Shown piece after piece: positions 1 through 11,340 of a DNA stretch of 64,000 bases. Source of the stretch: Octopus sinensis (lineage: Eukaryota). The stretch spans positions 39,246,001 through 39,310,000 of the forward strand of contig NC_043014.1 of NCBI RefSeq assembly GCF_006345805.1. Reading direction: 5' to 3'. The position numbers were made by a program, and so were the translations under genes. Positions within the stretch are counted from its first letter, which is position 1. Each line of letters starts with the position of its first letter. A model generated the notes under the pieces. The model ran no database searches. It had not been told where the DNA came from and was given only the letters and a program-made list of their open reading frames with translations.

Positions 1-32
1 GTTTAGTAATTTACTATGTAAGACTGGCATTC

Positions 33-69
<37 letters not shown>

Positions 70-1020
70 CCATTTAGGCAAGAAGGTATTGTATTTAATC
101 GTTTGTGTATTTGTCATAATTCTCATCTACAAGGGGATATTTTCAAATGTTTCCAAACAAAACCAGTTATTCATTTTTCTAATACCAAGCATCTACTCAG
201 ACCTTCCCTTGAATAGCAAACTTTTCCAATTGAACTAGTCTTTCTCCAGTGCCATTATCTCCTGCGCCATTGTTCACTTGGCAGTCTTTAGTCAACCCAG
301 CAGTATTTTGAAACATTTTCATTTTATTTAGATTAGATTAGATTAGATTTTCATATACAATCACCTATTTATGAATATGCCTGTAACCAGCTATCTGGTC
401 TTATTTTGTTTTTTTTTATTTCCTGGCTTTGAGAAGGAAGGACAGGACTTCCCAGAATGTTGTGAGTGAAAAGATAGCTTGCGATGATGACGATAACTCA
501 TCAGGTATATCCTATGGATTTCCCTTGATCCAATATCACTCACACTCTCGGTCAAGGTGAGATAGTGATACTTTGCAGTGGGATTGAACTTGATATCTCA
601 TATTTACAATGTAAGCTTTTTAAACACATAGCTATTTCTGCATCCACAAATATTTGTAGGTTTCTTAAAACAACTTTTTTATTTTTGGTACCCGCAAGTC
701 CCTAATTTGCTCTTAATGTTAAGGACATGAATTTTTAGTTTTTGTAGTATGTATTCTATTAAACTGGTACAAGGAACAGTAATCATGAGGTTAAGCTGCT
801 GAAGTCTAAGAGTATATGAGTTCAAACCTATTTCATCCATTGTGTTATGTCACTTATTAAGGGGTACAAATATTTCACCTGACTGAAAAATATGTTCCTT
901 TCCTGCTTCACATGTAATTAGACAATGGTAGGTTGGGCTTCACTTTAAAATCAATTGCTTCAACAAAGCAAAAAAAAAAAAACTCTGCCCACCCATACTA
1001 GCATAGAAAATAAATTATGA

Positions 1021-1024
<4 letters not shown>

Positions 1025-1075
<51 letters not shown>

Positions 1076-1142
1076 ATATATATGTATATGTATGTATATA
1101 TATATATATATGTATGTATGTGTATATGTATGTATGTATGTG

Positions 1143-1173
<31 letters not shown>

Positions 1174-1176
1174 GTG

Positions 1177-1207
<31 letters not shown>

Positions 1208-1538
1208 GTATGTATATATATATGTATGTGTATATATATATATATGTATGTATGTATGTGTATATATGTATGTATGTGTATATATATATGTATGTGTATA
1301 TATATATATATATGTATGTATGTATGTGTATATATATATGTATGTGTATATATATATGTATGTGTATATATATGTATGTATGTGTATATATATATGTATG
1401 TATGTATGTGTATATATATGTATGTATATGTATGTGTATATATATGTATGTATATGTATATATATATGTATGTATGTATATGTGTATATGTATGTATGTA
1501 TATATATATATGTATGTATATATATATGTGTGTGTGTG
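1025..1538. repeat. (CT)n plus compound (TA/TATG/TG)n microsatellite
   Basis: Read directly; source of the YIHT/VCMY ORFs. Confidence 0.98.
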
Positions 1539-2589
1539 CTGCAAAAATAAATCTGCCCTGTCTTGTGTCTGTTCACATTTTCACATACTCTTGCATGTAA
1601 CATATCTCTCCCCTGTTCCTCTCTGTACTGACTAGCTTTGAGTCTTCAATACCTAAAGTGTTATCTTTGTTATGCCTTTCACATGGTTTGTAATGACTAC
1701 TTAATCTCAAGAAACCCCTCTGGGGTCAATTAATCTTACTGATCTATTCAAAAATTTAGTTAAAGAGCTTAACGAACCTTTTACTCAATGAAACCCATAT
1801 ACAGTCTCCTGCAGTTATTTTTAATCCTTAAATATCACTGCTTCAAGTGATCCATTATGTTGGGTCTCTACTAAACATTGTAGAACCTCTATTTAATGTT
1901 ATTTACTTCTGTTTTTATTTTTATTATTATTAATTTCAGTGCCTACACATTCAAGTACAGAGTAGGTGGTGGGATATTAATTTTCATTCTAAAAGATTTA
2001 AAGATTTAATTGCAATTAAAAGTAGGCCTGGAGAGGTTTTTTTTGGGGGTTTTTTAACCTAGAACTCTGGTACAAACAGATAAGGACTCAGCTTTTGGAA
2101 ACACTATTGAGGCATTAGAATTATTATTATTATTATTAAGGCAGTAACCTGGCAGAATCATTAGGATGCTGGGTGAAATGCTTAATGGCTTTCCATCAGT
2201 CTTTATGATCTGAATCGGAATTCTGCAGAGGTTGACTTTACCTTTCATCCTTTCGGGTCTGATAAAAGAAGTACCAGTTGGGCATGGGGGTTAATGTTAT
2301 TTACTACATACCTCTCACAAAATTTCAGATCTTGTGTCTATAGCAGAAAGGCTTATTATTATTATTATTATTAAGGCAGTGAGCTGGTAGAATTGTTAGC
2401 ATACTGGGTAAAATGCTTACTGGCAATTCATCCGTCATGTTCTGATTTCAAATTCTGCCGTGGTTGACGTTGCCTTTCATCCTTTTGGGGTCAATAAATT
2501 AAGTACCAGTGTAATACTGGGTTTAGTGTAATCAACTAGTCCCCTCCCCCCAAATTTCAGGCTTTGTGCCTTTAGTAGAAAGGATTATT

Positions 2590-2833
2590 ATGGGCCTCCA
2601 TGCCGGTGGCACATAAAAAGCACCATCCGACCATGGCCATTTGCCAGCCTCGCCTGGCACGTAAAAAGCACCCACTACACTCACGGAGTGGTTGGCGTTA
2701 GGAAGGGCATCCAGCCATAGAAACATTGCCAGATCAGACTGGGCCTGGTGCAGCCTTCTGGCTTCCCAGACCCCAGTTGAACCGGCCAACCCATGCTAGC
2801 ATGGAAAGCAGACGCTAAATGATGATGATGATG
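2590..2833 (+). mobile_element. 5'-truncated RTE LINE 3' UTR with (ATG)n tail
   Basis: Ends ccatgctagcatggaaagcagacgctaaatgatgatg, the same end that follows RTE coding sequence at 55540-56262. Other copies: 17368-17754 +, 24705-24828 +, 38810-39125 -, 39345-39655 +, 45880-46155 +, 52175-52500 -, 57835-58025 -, 59265-59412 +, 59822-60090 -, 60420-60633 +. Confidence 0.85.
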
Positions 2834-3089
2834 ATTAGGACGGGGAGCTAATCATTAGCATGTTGGACAAAATGCTTAGTGGTGTTTCTTGGCTCGTTAT
2901 GTTCTCAGTTCAAATTTCACCGAGATTGACTTCACCTTTTTATCCCTTCAGGGTTGATAAAATAAGTACCAATTGAGGGTTGGAGGTCAATGTAAAATTG
3001 CCAACCTTGTGCCAAAAATTTGAAACAATTATTAATCTTCCCAATTGGGAATTAAAGCTTTGAAGATTCAGCACTATTCAGATTGGTTT

Positions 3090-3480
3090 TTAACAACTTT
3101 GTACCTTTGCCTGGTGTAAGATGCATTTCTCTCTACTGCTCTCCTTCCACTGTTTTATGTCAGATGTTCATTGGCCATCCGAGACTTAGTTTTTCAGGTA
3201 GTGTCTATTTTATAGTTACCTTTGGCAACCTTTTCTGGTTTAGTCTGATTTTGTGGCCTAGCCATCTGAATTGTCCATGCTTTATTTTAAAGACTACCCT
3301 TTGTCAACTAGGTTTCTCATTTAATACTTGGTTGGACCAGAAGATAGAGCAACATTTTTCCAAGGCATCTATTGTGGAAAGTATTAATCTTGTTCACATC
3401 TCTTTTTACCGCTGACCATGTTCTGAGACACACATCAAACCAGAACTGACGTTGCTGTTATAAAGTCCAGTCTTAGTCCT
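3090..3480 (-). mobile_element. Degenerate RTE-clade LINE ORF C-terminal fragment
   Basis: Minus-strand translation contains WLGHKIRLNQKRLPKV, resembling the RTE WxGHxxRM...RLPK motif. Confidence 0.6.
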
Positions 3481-3987
3481 AAGACTGTTCTCTTATTTTC
3501 TACTTGTTTCAGTCATTGGACTAGGACCATTCTGGGGGCACCCCCTTAAATGGTTCTATTCAAACAAATCAATCCTAGTACTTATTTTATCAGTCATTTT
3601 TGCTGAACCACTAGGTTATGGGGATGTACGCAAGCCAACACTGGTTGTCAAGCAGTGGTGATGGACAAGCAGAACAAATACACAAACACATTTATATGAC
3701 AGTCTTCCACCCAGTTTTTGTCTACCAGATTCATTCACAAGACATTGGTCAGTCTGAAGCTATAGTAGAAGACACTTTCCTAAGTGGCCATGAAGTAGGA
3801 CTGAATTTGAAACTGTATATTTTGCAAAGCGAACTTCTTATAATCACATGGCCACGCCTGTCTGGATATCTTGCAAATGTCCCACAAGCTTTGGTGTACC
3901 TCATTGACTTTACTGATAAAGTTTCTTAGACATGTAAAGTCACCTCATAGTTTAGTACTTCGCTAATGGTAGTAAATAGAAGCAGGC

Positions 3988-4401
3988 TTACTCTCTTTTA
4001 CTTGTTTCAGTCATTTGACTGCGGCCATGCTGGAGCACCGCCTTTAGTCGAGCAACTCGACCCTGGGACTTATTCTTCTTTGTTAAGCCTAGTACTTATT
4101 CTATCGGTCTCTTTTGCCGAACCGCTAAGTGACGGGGACATAAACACACCAGCATCGGTTGTCAAGCAATGCTAGGGGGACAAAGACAGACACACAAACA
4201 TACACGCACACATACATATATATATATATATATACATACGACGGGCTTCTTTCAGTTTCCGTCTACCAAATCCACTCACAAGCCTTTGGTCGGCCCGAGG
4301 CTATAGTAGAAGACACTTGCCCAAGGTGCCACGCTGTGGGACTGAACCCGGAACCATGTAGTTGGTAAATAAGCTACTTACCACACAGCCACTCCTGCGC
4401 C
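3988..4401 (-). mobile_element. tRNA-derived SINE family 1 with internal microsatellite, full length
   Basis: Head ggcgcaggagtggctgtgtggtaag...ggttcagtcccac (A-box/B-box like), internal (TA/TG)n, tail cagtcaaatgactgaaacaagtaaaagag. Other near-full copies: 8232-8575 -, 18047-18415 +, 25918-26318 +, 27739-28140 +, 46447-46835 +, 61320-61722 +, 62545-62930 -, plus many fragments. Confidence 0.9.
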
Positions 4402-4718
4402 TTAAGGCTTGCTTAAGTTTATGCAGCATACTGTTACCACACAATTTGGAGGAGGTGGGGGCACGTTTGAATCAGTCAGACATGGTGCTTTAAACAAGTA
4501 CTTATTTTAACAATGAAAGGCAAACTAAATCACTATAGGGTTTGGATCCAGAACATAAAGGAATGAAATTAAATACCACAAGACTTTATATTTAGTGCTC
4601 CATTTGTTCCACTGTTAGTCCTTGTGATGCAAATAATAATTCCTTACAATTTTTTTTTTTTCCTGCTTTATACCTTGGTCAGAGAAGGATCAGTAGCATC
4701 AGATTTTTTTTTTTGCAG

Positions 4719-4773
4719 TGCCTGTGAAACTGATGGAAGGAAGGGTGGTGGTTATCTGCAGACCTGAGGCTTG
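4719..4773 (+). CDS. Candidate orphan internal exon (xPVKLMEGRVVVICRPEAx), gene unknown
   Basis: Acceptor tttttttttgcag, donor TTG|gtatga, one open frame of three; no recognised homology. Confidence 0.25.
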
Positions 4774-4789
4774 GTATGAATGCTTATGA

Positions 4790-5150
4790 TAGCAGAACCC
4801 AATAAAAGCACTCAACACTTAAAGGGTAAAGACCTCCTTTGGTCATGAATGACCATGGGATTGCACCTAGAAAGTTACCCTCTGAGGCACAAGGTTGTTT
4901 ATGGAAGACTAGCAGTCGCCCATACATACCAGCCTCCACTCTCCACACCACCGATATTGTCCAAAGGAAAGGCAAACACTGATATAGCTTGGCACCAGTG
5001 ACATTGCAACCCATTTCTACAGCTGAGTGAACTGGAGCAACATGAAATAAAATGTCTTGCTCAAGAACATAATACTCAGCCCAGTCCGAGATTCAAACTC
5101 ACTACCCCGTGATTGTGAGCCTGACACTCTAAACACTGAGCCATCTAAAT
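4790..5150 (-). mobile_element. tRNA-derived SINE family 4
   Basis: Matches 43153-43490 + (gtgttcttgagcaagaca...gctccagttcactcagc); head fragment also at 62955-63200 +. Confidence 0.75.
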
Positions 5151-6327
5151 TGTTGTGTTAAACTGGGTGATAGATGAACCCTTCAACATTTAAACCAGCT
5201 TTATCCAGCCAAAATATTCTTACCTGTCTTATGGCCAAACTAGTCAGATCCACCTCTCACATCATAAACTCAAGGCTATGAGATAATGCATGATTAATTC
5301 AAAACAATGTGAATAAATAAGCATTACATTTGGTAGAAAAATCTGGATGCTGAAGGTTAAATCAACCGTCCCCAAATAAGAACTGTCTCTGACAGGGTTC
5401 CACAAAATTTCTGTTTTCCAAAGTTCATTCCTGAGGCTTTGGTCAACTTGACGTTATTGCGAAAGACACTTCTAAGGTTTCCTGTGCTATGGGATTGAAC
5501 CCAAAATTGCATAGTTTTGAAACAAACTTGTTAACCACAGAGCCATACCTGCACCCATATGAATATATTAGTCTATACATCATTGTTGATAGGGGGAAAG
5601 CATTTGTGAGCCATAATACATTTTGCAAGGGATTGATCTCAATTGACTAAACTCTTTAGCAGTTTAAACCAGCCAAATATTCTGCCTGTTTTATGTTCAA
5701 ACTGGCCAGATCAGGTCTCTCACACCTACCTTACAATGTCATTTGAAATATAAACAATCAAAATCTCAAAGCCTACGAGATAATGCATGAAGAATACAAA
5801 TGAACTTGAATAAATAAGCATTACATTTGACACAATAATCAGAACGCTAAGGGGTATCTCCTTATATATTTATAAAGACCCTATTTGGATGAAAGATAAC
5901 AATCAGGATTTGGATTCAAAACCTCAAGGGACCAAACTAAGTAGTTCTATTCTGGTAATTTACTGTCTCAGATGCTTCTGTTAATAATAATCCCTAAGTT
6001 GGTCCTGGCTGAATTTTAACTCAGAATTAAATACAGTAAAATACTTAGTTTAATTAATTAAATTTCCTTGGTCTTCAATTGAAATTCCTCCCTCTCCACA
6101 ACATCCTTTTGTATTAATGACTTCCATCTAATGATCAAATATGACGAGCTTTACTAGTGGAGACTAGCTTTCTGCAGATACCCTCTCTGATTTGTAGGAT
6201 AAGGTTAGGATTAAAGTTAAGGATGAGCCATGATGTTTGTGGTGATCTGCCTGTGACACTATCGTAGACAGTAACAGTCTGTGCAAAAGTGGACTCCAGT
6301 TGAAAACATGTTTGTTCATTCAATCAC

Positions 6328-6487
6328 CTCTTGCCAAAACCTTTCAAATAACTGAGGAATTCTTGATATCCAGATTTGCGTCTTTCTTTGCTGCTTCTTG
6401 TAATATTAGACATTTCTAACCTTTTGGTAACAAAACCCACAACTGCTTCTACATTAAAGGCAATGGGTCTGTTCTTTTTATGAAAAG
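6328..6487 (-). CDS. Candidate orphan 160-nt coding exon (xFHKKNRPIAFNVEAVVGFVTKRLEMSNITRSSKERRKSGYQEFLSYLKGFGKx), gene unknown
   Basis: Unique sequence, acceptor ttatttatttag, donor AG|gtgatt placed exactly on the in-frame stop, protein-like composition; not recognised. Confidence 0.4.
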
Positions 6488-7057
6488 CTAAATAAATAAG
6501 GGTATTATCTTCTATATTTTACTTACTTCAGTCACTTGACTATGACCAAGCTGGGGCAGCACCTTGGAGAATTTTAGTCAAATGAATTGACCCCGGTACT
6601 TATTTTTTAAGCCTGGTACTTATTCTATCAGTCCCTTTTGCTGAACTACTAAATTTTGAGGACATAAACACTAATATTAGTTGTCAATGCTGAGGACAAA
6701 CAGGCACACACACATGTACAACAGGTTTCTTTCAGTTTCTACCTACTAAATGCACTCACAAGGCTTTGGTAGAAGACACCCAAGGTACCAAGCAGTGTGA
6801 CTGAACCCAGAATCATGTGGTTGAGTAAAAAGTATATATGTAAATCTGATTCAAAATAGATATAAACTTTATTTGCTTAATGCTATCAGCCAGTCCAGCA
6901 TCATTTTAATGTCCACTTTTCCGTGCTTGCATGGGTCAGACAGAATTCGTTTAGGTAGATTTTCTACGACTGGATGCCTTTCCTGTTGCCAACTTTCAAT
7001 TGCTTCCAAGCAAGGCTATTTTTTCCTATTGCTTGACAGTATGGGCATATGTTAACT

Positions 7058-7351
7058 CTGGGGTTCTCAACCATTCTTCACCTATGGATCCCTTTGATTG
7101 CTATTTTATTCTGGTGGAACCCCCATTGTCATTCTATCTTTAAAAATTAGTTTTATAGAAACTTCTTTCAGAATTCCTATTTTGTTTTTCACACATTAAG
7201 TGTAGGTTGAATTATGTATGTTAGAGAAAGAAATCTAGCTGTTTCTTGCAATACATACATTTAAAGAACAAAATTTTCAGGGGCCCTTAAAATACTATTG
7301 TGAATCCCTAATTTACTATTTTGCTGTGTGGACCCCAGTTGAGAACCACTA
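7058..7351. mobile_element. hAT-like MITE
   Basis: Imperfect TIRs ctggggttctcaac / gttgagaaccacta and a perfect 8-bp TSD tgttaact (7050-7057, 7352-7359). Confidence 0.85.
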
Positions 7352-7689
7352 TGTTAACTGGTTAAAACTAATAAAAAGTTATCTTAAAGTATATACCAGC
7401 GGTTTCTAGTCTTTTGGGCTTAGTTGCCTCTTGGAAATCAAATATAAAATTACTGATGCCCTTTGCATAAGGTAAAAATATAGAAAATTACAGGTTCCTT
7501 TACTTTATTATTCATGCTTGAGTGTAATAAAATTTTTAAAAACTCTTTAGCATTTAAACCAGCCATATCCAGCCAAAATATTCCTCATGTTTTATATTCA
7601 AATAGGCCAGATCTAGCCTCTTGCACCAACCTTACAATTTCATTCTAAAAAATATCTCATCAAAATCTCAAAACTACAAAATTAATTAA

Positions 7690-7910
7690 CCCTTTCGTTA
7701 CCAACCCAGCTGAAACCGGCTCTGGCTTTGTAATATAAATGTCTTGTTTTCATAAGTTTTGAATTAAAATCTTCCACCAGACCTTAGTCACAATTTATGA
7801 TCCTAATACAAGCTAAACGATAACGAAGTTATTTTACTAAATTCTTTGTTATATTTAAAATAATTGAAAGAAACACAGAGCATCTCAAAATAAATACAGT
7901 AGCGAAAGAG
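7690..7910 (+). mobile_element. piggyBac-like TTAA MITE family A, nested in a family B copy (about 7545-7986)
   Basis: TTAA|ccctttcgttac...gtagcgaaagag|TTAA. Other copies: 13359-13546, about 20350-20565 -, 22583-22803 -, 52680-53001. Confidence 0.85.
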
Positions 7911-8402
7911 TTAAAGCAGATTAATCTTAAAAGCAATGAGAATAAATAAGCCTTACATTTAACAGAATAATGTGAATGCTAAAGGGTTAAACATTTTTTT
8001 TTTGGTTTTTGGTCAAGTTGCTCATGCATTCTTTTACTTGTTTCAGTCGTTGGACTGTGGTCATGCTGGAGCACTGCCTTGAAGGGTTTTAGTTGAGACA
8101 AATTGACTCTAATAAGTTATTAGTTATTTTATCAGTCTCTTTTATTGAACTGCTAACTTTATAGGGACTTAAACAAACCATCACTGGATGCCAAATAGTG
8201 GAAGGGACATGCACACACACATACATATTCTTTTCTTTTACTTGTTTCAGCCATTTGACTGCGGCCATGCTGGAGCACTCTTGAGTTTTTTAGGCCTAGT
8301 ATTTATTCTATCAGTCTCTTTACCGAATCACTAAGTTACAGGGATGTAAACACACCAACACCAGTTGACAAGCAGTAATGGGGTGGGGGACAAACAAAGT
8401 CT

Positions 8403-8433
<31 letters not shown>

Positions 8434-10254
8434 GGCAAATTTCTTTGTTTCCATCTACCAAATCCACTCGCAAGGCTTTGGTCAGCCTGAGGCTGGCTAT
8501 AGTAGAAGACACTTGCCTAAGGTGCCATGCAGTAAGACTGAACCCAGAACTATGTGGTTGGGAAGCAAGCCACACACATATATATATAATGTTAGATTTC
8601 TGTACACTTTCTCTCTACCAAATTTACTCACAAGGTATGGATGGGTCAGCCCAAAACTATAGAAGACAATTGCTCAAAGTGTCATGCAGTGGAACTGAAC
8701 CCAAAACGACTTGGTTAAAAAGTGAGCTTTGCTTTAAAATATATATATTTTTAAAATCTGTAGTACATCTAAATGCCCCTTGTGGCCCACATTTTTGAAA
8801 CCATGGGTGTAAACTTCAACTCTCTTATGAAAATTAATTACAATGTTTTCGACTGGTTAATGATATCAAAATTAATGAGTTCCAAACTTTATTTGCTTAA
8901 TGCTATCAGCCAGTCCATCATCATTTTAATGTCCACTTTTCCATGCTTGCATGGGTCAGACAGAATTCATTTAGGTAGATTTTCTACGACTGGATGCCTT
9001 TCTTGTTGCCAACTTTCAATTGCTTCCAAGCAAGGCAATATTTTCCTATTGCTTGACATTTTTTTTTAAATATTTTCTCAGTCAACTGGAAACGAACGAC
9101 CTTGCTTGTATAACAGTGATGCTCATTTACAAGCATCACGTGATGTCTAGATAAGGGTACACACACACACACACACCTTTCAGTTTCTGTTTATCAAATA
9201 TATAAGACTTTGGTTGGCTTGTGCTATAATAGAAGAGACTTACCGAAGGTGCCATGCGCTGAGATGAACTCAAGACCACACGGCTGGGAGGCAAGCTTCT
9301 TAACTACACAGCCACGCCTGCATCTATTATCACAAAAACCTTCATTGCAATGTGATTACAATATGCTACTTCTGATGCATTTCTTTCTGAAACAATAATA
9401 GCTAGCACATCACCAGCCAGCTGTCTTATAAAAGCTACCATTTAAGATTTATTAGGGGAAAATAGCTTCCTTTGAAATAATAACTGGCATTATTTCTCTA
9501 CCTTTTTTTTTTTTTTTTTTTTTTTCATAATTTGGTTTCCTTTTTTTTTTTTTTCCTGTGCGTTCATTACTGTGATTTTGCTGCTGTTTATTTTTCGTTT
9601 ATTTATTTATTTTTCTCGTAACCCAAACTGCCAAGCTTTTGTTTCTGAAAAAAAAAAAAGACAAAAAAAAAAACCAAACTTACTCCCATTTCAATTATCT
9701 ATTTACAATAATAATATTCATACATATATAAATAGAAAAACGATTTTCAAATTAAAAAAAAAAAATTGTTTGATTCTTTGCTTTTGTTTTATTTTTATTT
9801 ATTTATTTTTCATTTTGTTTTCCATCACCAAACACTCAAACACTTGGCCCCTGTGACACCAACACAAAGCTATTTTCAGTGGTGCAACTTAAATAACTGT
9901 AGAACTTAATATAAGAAAAATATTGGACCCCGCCAAAAAATATTATGAAACCCATCCAATCAAATTATCCAGAATATAAGTATTTCCTGTGTTGCTCTAG
10001 GGTACTTATTTAGAGTGCTTCCCCAGCCATCTTATTCAATGCAGTTTAGAGGGAGAAGTATCTCTCTTTTTTTTTTTCACCACCTTTTATTTTGATGCTT
10101 TCCTTCTCACCATTGTGTTACTATTCACTCTGCTGTTTCGTGAGAAATTTATTTTCTCAAAGCTGTTTGTCTATATTTTTTTGTGCTTTTTAGTAGTTCC
10201 TTTTTGTTTTCTATGTCAGGTTGTTTTTTTGATGTACTCTGTTAAAGTTTTATT

Positions 10255-10287
<33 letters not shown>

Positions 10288-10949
10288 AGAACCTTGCTCC
10301 CCAAGGAAAGGATCATGATTTTAACAGAATTAAATCCCAAAATTATTTTATTATTTTAGAGTAAGGTTTTATACTCATATTTATGTATGTTAATAAGTCA
10401 TTCTTTCACTGTATGGTGTTATGTAATATTTGTATATTGTTATATGTTGTGAACTTTTCTCAGTATTTGGTAAAACAAAAACGAAACACTTTGAAATGAT
10501 TCATTCGTGTTTATTTTTGTCCTCTGTTAACATTTTTTTTTTCATCAAATATCATTATACACCCATATCTATATATATATATATATATATATATAATGAA
10601 ATTAATTTTGAGAAAATGCTTAGGTTCTAATAGTCATAATGTGTGAGAACTGGTTTGATCTTGGATTTAACTATCGGAAGTTACTGAAAGATCTGTCGGC
10701 ATTACACTTTATGTAGTCATAGAAAAGCAACCATGACTCATAAGAATTATTCGGAACTGGAAAGCCATCATAAGTGTCAGTTAAATTGCACTTAGATTAT
10801 ATTCTTGTGTCACTAGTGCCATAGCAGAATGAGCCTTGATCAAACAGACATGGCCAATGAAATTCCTGCTGTTATTATTTCATTTCTTTAAGACTATCTA
10901 AAATGACTTTTTTTTTTCTTCTTTAAGACTGCAGATGTGAATGTTGGGT

Positions 10950-11340
10950 CATCACCGAGCGCATGATTGCAAATACAAGTGGCCAAAATAGGGTTCCTCC
11001 AAAGGACCTCTGGAGAAACCTTACTCAACAGGGTATATAGCTTGAAGATTAGGGAGTCCCTCCAGATCAAGTTGCTACTTTGCATTGAAGTGTCACAGCT
11101 CCAGTACTATGGACATGTGTTTTAGAATGTCATAGGAAAGAATCACAAGACATTCCTTAAGCTGAGCTGACCAGCAGAAAACCTAGGGGCAGACCAAGAA
11201 TGAGATGGTTGGACAATATCTATGGCTTCAGTTGGTCACAGTTGGGAATCCAGCCAGAAAGTCTAATGATGGTTGCTTCTGGTATGACCCTTGGGAAGAG
11301 GTGCTTGAGTATAAGACTCTTTCAGGAACCACGAGCAGAG
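10950..11340 (+). mobile_element. Degenerate RTE-clade LINE 3' fragment (second family)
   Basis: Frameshifted translation gives LQYYGHV and RKPRGRPRMRWLDNI. Confidence 0.8.

Noticed and set aside
998-1635. Long ORFs of up to 206 aa rich in Y/I/H/T or Y/V/C/M, here and at 16.7-17.2, 24-30, 36-36.8 and 41.4-41.9 kb
   Set aside because: They are translations of TA/TG/TATG microsatellites, open in several frames on both strands.
2532-2789. Recurrent ORFs such as MDGSTGVCEARRLHQAQSDLA and MSSNARGTNTD
   Set aside because: These are antisense or UTR frames of the RTE tail and SINE family 1, not a gene family.
6324-6326. Selenocysteine or read-through at the in-frame TGA
   Set aside because: The TGA coincides with a plausible splice donor; no recognisable selenoprotein context or SECIS was seen.
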